Assembly (NCBI GenBank): GCA_963823335.1
Contig: CAWGLD010000001.1
Span: forward strand, 1,216,001-1,280,000
Reading direction: 5' to 3'
DNA from: an uncultured delta proteobacterium
GTDB taxonomy: Bacteria > Desulfobacterota > Desulfobacteria > Desulfobacterales > B30-G6
Length of the DNA stretch: 64,000 nucleotides
Shown here in pieces: positions 58,626-64,000 of this stretch (its first letter is position 1; every line of letters begins with the position of its first letter). The notes under the pieces are model-generated. The model was not told the DNA's origin. It saw only the letters and a list, made by a program, of their open reading frames with translations, and made no database searches. Both the position numbers and the translations under genes were made by a program.

Positions 58626-61600
58626 CATGTTGCGCCGATACTGGCCGCCCACATCATAAAGCGCCTGGGTAATCTGACCCAGGCTGCATACCCTGACCGT
58701 GTTCATGAGCTCTTCAAAAATATTGTCGCCCGCCAGGACAACCTTCTGAAGTTTTTGCAACGCTTCCGGGGCTGTTTTCTCGTTGCGCTTTTTGAAATCC
58801 GCAAGGCGCTTCAACTGCGACTCTTTTTCCTCTACGGAGGCTCTCGACAGTTCAACACTTTCGTTCAATTCGTCAAACACGTGATCAGAATCTCGAAAGG
58901 TGTTGACACCGATAATGGGCAGAGCCCCTGAATGTTTCAAGCCTTCGTAGTAGAGGGACTCCTCCTGGATCCTGCTGCGCTGGTAACCCGTTTCCATGGC
59001 GCCCAGAACCCCGCCGCGCTCACTGATTCTTTCAAATTCCGCCAGGACAGCCTCTTCCACAAGCCGGGTCAGATCGTCTACGATATAACTCCCCTGAATC
59101 ATGTTTTCATTTTTGGCCAGTCCCCACTCGCGATTGATAATGAGCTGAATTGCAAGTGCCCGCCGGACGGATTCGTGGCTGGGGGTCGTAATGGCCTCGT
59201 CAAAAGCGTTTGTGTGAAGGCTGTTGCAGTTGTCGTAGACAGCACACAGTGCCTGCAGGGTCGTTCGGATGTCATTGAACTGGATATCCTGGCTGTGGAG
59301 TGACCTGCCGGATGTTTGGATGTGGTATTTCAGCTTTTGTGATCGTGTTGATCCCCCATAGAGATATCGCATGGCGATGGCCCATATTCTTCTGGCGACC
59401 CTCCCGATGACCGTATACTCAGGATCCATTCCATTTGAAAAGAAAAAGGATAGATTGGGGGCAAAGGCATCAATGGGCATCCCCCGTGAAAGATAGTATT
59501 CGATGTAGGTAAAACCGTTTGCCAGAGTAAGAGCGAGCTGCGTGATGGGGTTGGCGCCTGCTTCCGCTATATGATAGCCTGAGATCGACACCGAATAAAA
59601 GTTGCGAACATGATGATCGATGAAATAGGCCTGGATATCTCCCATCATCTTCAATGCAAATTCAATCGAAAAAATACAGGTGTTTTGCCCCTGATCCTCT
59701 TTTAGAATATCCGCCTGAACAGTTCCCCGGACATTCGAAAGAACCTCGGCCTTAATTTCCTGGTAGGATTCGGGTGTGGGTTCCTGGCCGGTTTCCTTGC
59801 GATGCCTGTCTATCTGTTGATCGATAGCCGTATTTAAAAACATCGCCAGCATAATCGGCGCAGGTCCATTGATGGTCATGGAGACGGAGGTGTTCGGTGC
59901 ACAGAGTTCAAATCCGTGATAGAGGGTTTTGACATCGTCCAGGGAACAGATACTGACACCGGAGGTACCCACCTTGCCGTAGATATCAGGCCGTCGGTCC
60001 GGGTCATACCCGTACAGGGTCACGGAGTCAAAGGCTGTCGACAGTCGCTTGGCTTCGTAGTTTTCAGAAAGAAGTTTGAAGCGGTTGTTGGTGCGGTAGG
60101 GATCTCCTTCACCGGCAAACATCCTGGTGGGATCTTCATCAACCCGCTTTAACGGGAATACGCCTGCTGTAAAGGGAAAACGCCCTGATACATTTTCTCC
60201 CCGCATCCAGCGATAGGCTTCTCCGGGATCGGTGATGTCCGGAAGCGAAATTTTGGGAATTTTCTGGTGGGAAAGCGATTCCATGAAGAGAGGTACTCTT
60301 ATTTCCCGGCCCCGTACGTTATAAAGAAGTTCGTCCTGGCTGTATACGGATTTGACTTCTTCCCATTCGCGGGTCAATGCACGGGTTTCTTTGTTGATGC
60401 GGGTCGTGATTTCCTGAACCTTGGCTTTCAATTTCGTCAGAAGGTCATCACCTGATTTGTCTGTGTCTAAAAAATACTTTTCTGCTTCTTCCAGGTGCCA
60501 TTCGTCACGGAGCAGTTCCGACTGGGCGTTGGTCTCTTTGTGATACTGGCTGATGCAAGCGGCAATATCTGAAAGGTAGCGTGTTCTCTCCGGTGGTATG
60601 ATAATGGTTTTCGATGTCGATGTTTTGCCGGGTGGGGGCACGCTGCCTGTTTTAAGTGAGACTCCCGTCTTTTCCTGGATAGCATCGATAATGGCATGAT
60701 ATAGGGCTGTGACGCCGTCGTCGTTGAACTTCGAGGCTATGGTGCCAAATACAGGCATTTCCTCCGGTGACGATTCCCACATATTCCGGTTTCGCTGGAC
60801 CTGCTTGCGGACATCTCTGACAGCATCTTCACCACCTCTTTTCTCGAACTTGTTGACCACCACCAGGTCCGCAAAATCGAGCATGTCGATTTTTTCAAGT
60901 TGGGATGCGGCACCAAATTCGCTGGTCATAACATACATGGAAATGTTCGTCAGATCCACGATGCTCGAATCCCCCTGGCCGATGCCCGCTGTTTCCGCCA
61001 GGATCAGATCAAAGCCTGCGGCCTTGACGACATGGATTACATTGGTCAGCGCTTCCGGGATTTCTGTTAGGGACTGACGGGTTGCCAGGGAGCGCATATA
61101 AATTCTGGGGCTGTTGATTGAATTCATACGAATTCGATCTCCCAGAAGGGCGCCCCCTGTTTTTCGTCTTGAAGGATCGCTGCTGATGACTGCAATTCTG
61201 ATGTTTTTCATGTCCAGGAGAAACCGCAAGATGATTTCGTCTGTCAGGGAGGACTTCCCTGCTCCGCCTGTTCCGGTGATACCGATGACAGGTATGGGGT
61301 GCTGGGCTGATTTTTCCAGCAATGCCGATTGCAAACGGGCCATGTCGTCGTCAGCAACGGTGCCGGCCTGTTCCATTGCGGTAATCATTTTGGCGACCAG
61401 GGAGCTGTTTTCAGGAGAAAGCCGGGTAATGTCGAGCTCGGCCCCATGAAGTGTTGAAAAATCAAGCATCTCGACCATATGGTTGATAATGCCCTGTAGT
61501 CCCATGCGAGCGCCATCTTCAGGCGTATAAATCTTTGAGACGCCATAGGCTTCGAGTTCTCTGATTTCATCCGGTACAATAACACCCCCTCCCCCGCCAA

Positions 61601-61892
61601 AAACTTTGACGTGGGAAGCGTCGTTCTGTCGTAAGAGGTCCAGCATAAATTTAAAAAACTCCACATGACCACCCTGGTAGCTGGACACCGCAATTCCCTG
61701 GACGTCTTCCTCTATGGCCGCTTTTACAATTTCTTCAACAGATCGATTATGTGCCAGGTGAATGACTTCCACACCGGTTCCCTGAAGTATTCGGCGCATG
61801 ATATTGATGGAGGCATCATGGCCGTCAAAGAGCGCAGTGGCCGTGACGATTCTGATGGGGTGCTTGGGTTGATATACAGCGGTTTCGTTCAT
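58623..61892 (-). CDS. icmF: Fused isobutyryl-CoA mutase / MeaI GTPase
   Basis: B12-binding DGHDAS, GTPase GTGGAGKSS and NKFE, mutase domain [20 protein letters not shown]. Confidence 0.95.
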   Translation of the reverse strand: MNETAVYQPKHPIRIVTATALFDGHDASINIMRRILQGTGVEVIHLAHNRSVEEIVKAAIEEDVQGIAVSSYQGGHVEFFKFMLDLLRQNDASHVKVFGGGGGVIVPDEIRELEAYGVSKIYTPEDGARMGLQGIINHMVEMLDFSTLHGAELDITRLSPENSSLVAKMITAMEQAGTVADDDMARLQSALLEKSAQHPIPVIGITGTGGAGKSSLTDEIILRFLLDMKNIRIAVISSDPSRRKTGGALLGDRIRMNSINSPRIYMRSLATRQSLTEIPEALTNVIHVVKAAGFDLILAETAGIGQGDSSIVDLTNISMYVMTSEFGAASQLEKIDMLDFADLVVVNKFEKRGGEDAVRDVRKQVQRNRNMWESSPEEMPVFGTIASKFNDDGVTALYHAIIDAIQEKTGVSLKTGSVPPPGKTSTSKTIIIPPERTRYLSDIAACISQYHKETNAQSELLRDEWHLEEAEKYFLDTDKSGDDLLTKLKAKVQEITTRINKETRALTREWEEVKSVYSQDELLYNVRGREIRVPLFMESLSHQKIPKISLPDITDPGEAYRWMRGENVSGRFPFTAGVFPLKRVDEDPTRMFAGEGDPYRTNNRFKLLSENYEAKRLSTAFDSVTLYGYDPDRRPDIYGKVGTSGVSICSLDDVKTLYHGFELCAPNTSVSMTINGPAPIMLAMFLNTAIDQQIDRHRKETGQEPTPESYQEIKAEVLSNVRGTVQADILKEDQGQNTCIFSIEFALKMMGDIQAYFIDHHVRNFYSVSISGYHIAEAGANPITQLALTLANGFTYIEYYLSRGMPIDAFAPNLSFFFSNGMDPEYTVIGRVARRIWAIAMRYLYGGSTRSQKLKYHIQTSGRSLHSQDIQFNDIRTTLQALCAVYDNCNSLHTNAFDEAITTPSHESVRRALAIQLIINREWGLAKNENMIQGSYIVDDLTRLVEEAVLAEFERISERGGVLGAMETGYQRSRIQEESLYYEGLKHSGALPIIGVNTFRDSDHVFDELNESVELSRASVEEKESQLKRLADFKKRNEKTAPEALQKLQKVVLAGDNIFEELMNTVRVCSLGQITQALYDVGGQYRRNM

Positions 61893-61984
61893 TCTCCCTC
61901 CCATTCCATATATTATTGGCAGTTTCACGATCCCACAGGTCTAACACCTGGGCCTAAGGTCAAAATATGGATCTGACCAAGCGA

Positions 61985-62680
61985 TCATCCAGACGACAAA
62001 GTGTGTTTTTCCAGGATTGTCTGCGACGACATGGCCTTGATAATAAATCTGGTTTGAATGTCAATATATCCGTCAATACTGTAATGGCTCGACAAAAACC
62101 ACCTCCGGAAAGTCCACATGTGTCCCAGGACCGAGATATTATGGGCCATGATTTCGATGGTCTTTTCATCGAGACCCGATAATTCTCCTGAGTCCACCAG
62201 CTCTGCCAGAACGCGTACGAGAATTCCGGTGATGCGAAGCTCGTTTTCCAGGACCCGTTTTCGCCAGACTGTTGGCAGAGACCGGGTTTCCTGATAAATC
62301 AAAAGGATTAGATCACTCATTCTGTGACATACCAGAAAAAATTCACGAATAACTTCAGCCAGCACTTCCTTGCCACCGGTGGTGCGCTTCATGGCGTTTG
62401 CCACACCTTTTTCCACTTCGGCGTGAATGGACTCGCAGACCAGATACAAGACATCTTCTTTGGACGTTACGTACTCATAGAGCGATCCGATAGAAAAACC
62501 AGCGGCCCTGGCGATCTGTCTAGTGGTCGTTTTATGAAAACCCTGGGCGATGAACAAGGTGGCTGCCGCGTCTACAATTTGCCGTCGCCGTCGTTCAACC
62601 AGGTCAGGGTTTTTGATTTGGGTTGGAACATCCCGCGTCCGGATTAAATGTTGGTTCATAGGAATTGTCCTGGATGCCAT
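61985..62680 (-). CDS. TetR-family transcriptional regulator
   Basis: GFHKTTTRQIARAAGFSIGSLYEYVTSKE; true start may be 62659. Confidence 0.93.
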   Translation of the reverse strand: MASRTIPMNQHLIRTRDVPTQIKNPDLVERRRRQIVDAAATLFIAQGFHKTTTRQIARAAGFSIGSLYEYVTSKEDVLYLVCESIHAEVEKGVANAMKRTTGGKEVLAEVIREFFLVCHRMSDLILLIYQETRSLPTVWRKRVLENELRITGILVRVLAELVDSGELSGLDEKTIEIMAHNISVLGHMWTFRRWFLSSHYSIDGYIDIQTRFIIKAMSSQTILEKHTLSSG

Positions 62681-62691
62681 CCGTTTTTGGG

Positions 62692-62717
62692 TTGTTGAGC
62701 GAGCGCTCGGTCAACAA
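62692..62717. promoter_or_regulatory. Putative TetR operator 1
   Basis: TTGTTGAGCGAGCGCTCGGTCAACAA near-perfect palindrome just downstream of minus-strand TTGACA-N17-GATAGT. Confidence 0.75.
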
Positions 62718-62922
62718 ACACTATCACGGCCTGTTTTTTATTGTCAAGTCTTTAGATATCTGTGCCGGGCGACGTCTTCTGGCGCAGGGATATTTGTTTT
62801 TTAAATATTAAAAATTTCAGTTAGATAAAGACCTTGTGCCCGGATGTGCATGGGCCGGACAACGGGTTTGGATTCCATATAAAGCTGTTGACAAAACAGC
62901 CCAAATAATAATAGGGTAATCC

Positions 62923-62938
62923 GACCGAGCGCTCGTTC
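62923..62938. promoter_or_regulatory. Putative TetR operator 2
   Basis: GACCGAGCGCTCGTTC, same core, downstream of TTGACA at 62888. Confidence 0.72.
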
Positions 62939-62977
62939 AGTATTGATCATCTAAATTTGTTGACAAAGGAGGACCGG

Positions 62978-64000
62978 GTGGATTTTGACTTAAGCATCGA
63001 ACAAGAAATGATTCGAAAGGAAGTCCGCAAGTTTGCCAGGAAAGAAATTGCACCGATTGCTGCCGAACTGGATGAAAATGAAGAATTTTCATCCACGATA
63101 ACACGGAAAATGGGAGAAATCGGTCTTTTCGGTATGATTGTTCCCGAGGCATATGGGGGGCAGGGCTTGGATTATCTTTCCTACATCATTGCCGTCGAGG
63201 AGATCGCCAGAGTCGACGGATCCCAGGCAGCCACCATTGCAGCCGGCAACTCACTGGGTATCGGTCCTCTTTACTATTTTGGTAATGATGAACAAAAGAA
63301 ACGATATCTGCCTCGACTCTGTTCCGGAGAGGGTTTGTGGGGATTCGGACTTACTGAGCCAACCGCAGGTTCCGATGCAGGGGGGAGTAAGACCACTGCT
63401 GTGTTCGAAGGCAATGAATGGGTTTTAAACGGCTCGAAAATTTTTATTACCAATGCGGCCTGCGATCTTTCCATGGGCGTAACAGTTCAGGCCATAACAG
63501 GTACGAGACCTAATGGGAAACCGGAGTATACCTGTTTTTTAGTGGAACATGGGACGCCTGGGTTCAAAGCGGTCCCCATGCACAGGAAGCTGATGTGGCG
63601 GGCTTCCAGTACAGCAGAACTCTATTTTGATAACGTTCGAATACCCAGGGAGAACATCCTGGGAAACAAGGGGGACGGTTTTCACCAGATGCTGCAAACC
63701 CTTGATGGCGGGCGGCTTTCCATCGCTGCCATGGGGCTTGGCGGCGCCCAGGGCGCCTATGAGGCTGGTTTGAAGTATGCCAAGGAGCGCCGGCAGTTCG
63801 GCCAGCCCATCTCAAAATTCCAGGCCATTGCTTTCAAGCTGGCAGACTGTGCCATGGAGATAGAGTGTGCCAGAAATCTTTTGTACAAAGCCTGCTGGCT
63901 GAGGGACCGCAAAAGGCCGTTTGAAAAGGAAGCCGCCATGGCCAAGCTATACTGTTCGGAGGTTATGGGAAGGGTGGCTGATCATGCGGTCCAGATTCAC
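62978..64000 (+). CDS. Acyl-CoA dehydrogenase, truncated at the window edge
   Basis: Not in the ORF track; GTG after AGGAGG; MDFDLSIEQEMIRKEVRKFA...GFGLTEPTAGSDAG...GGRLSIAA...RRQFG. Confidence 0.93.
   Translation, partial: MDFDLSIEQEMIRKEVRKFARKEIAPIAAELDENEEFSSTITRKMGEIGLFGMIVPEAYGGQGLDYLSYIIAVEEIARVDGSQAATIAAGNSLGIGPLYYFGNDEQKKRYLPRLCSGEGLWGFGLTEPTAGSDAGGSKTTAVFEGNEWVLNGSKIFITNAACDLSMGVTVQAITGTRPNGKPEYTCFLVEHGTPGFKAVPMHRKLMWRASSTAELYFDNVRIPRENILGNKGDGFHQMLQTLDGGRLSIAAMGLGGAQGAYEAGLKYAKERRQFGQPISKFQAIAFKLADCAMEIECARNLLYKACWLRDRKRPFEKEAAMAKLYCSEVMGRVADHAVQIH

Overview
Core-genome region of an anaerobic deltaproteobacterium (Desulfobacterales-like, inferred from gene content). From the start it holds a partial IT-family antiporter and a divergent Fo-only ATP synthase operon (atpZ-atpI-atpB-atpE[4 hairpins]-atpE-atpF'-atpF). 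Next come a CBS protein with an SLC13/TrkA-C permease, a Dpp-type ABC transporter, YihY, a THUMP methyltransferase, DUF362, a secreted thioredoxin with a rhodanese that reads through two UGA codons, ssb, PA2779/PA2778-like genes and uvrA. The middle holds two MoxR-VWA pairs, a CdaZ-type diadenylate cyclase, tatD, nfnAB, a TPP riboswitch with thiBPQN, an ECF sigma/CBM48 anti-sigma locus, frameshifted prfB and lnt. The end holds a divergent SHMT, a polar amino acid ABC transporter without its binding protein, and an icmF-thiolase-hbd-acd cluster with TetR operators. No rRNA, tRNA, CRISPR array or transposase was seen. Most notable: (1) a hybrid Na+-type c-ring in which a 4-hairpin c subunit keeps only two complementary half-sites; (2) a predicted U-x-U di-selenocysteine rhodanese with a SECIS-like hairpin; (3) a family of ~146-nt hairpin elements with variable stems but fixed internal loops, five of which abut stop codons; (4) a self-regulated ECF system with glycogen-binding-type domains and a duplicated promoter; (5) several further intergenic repeat families.
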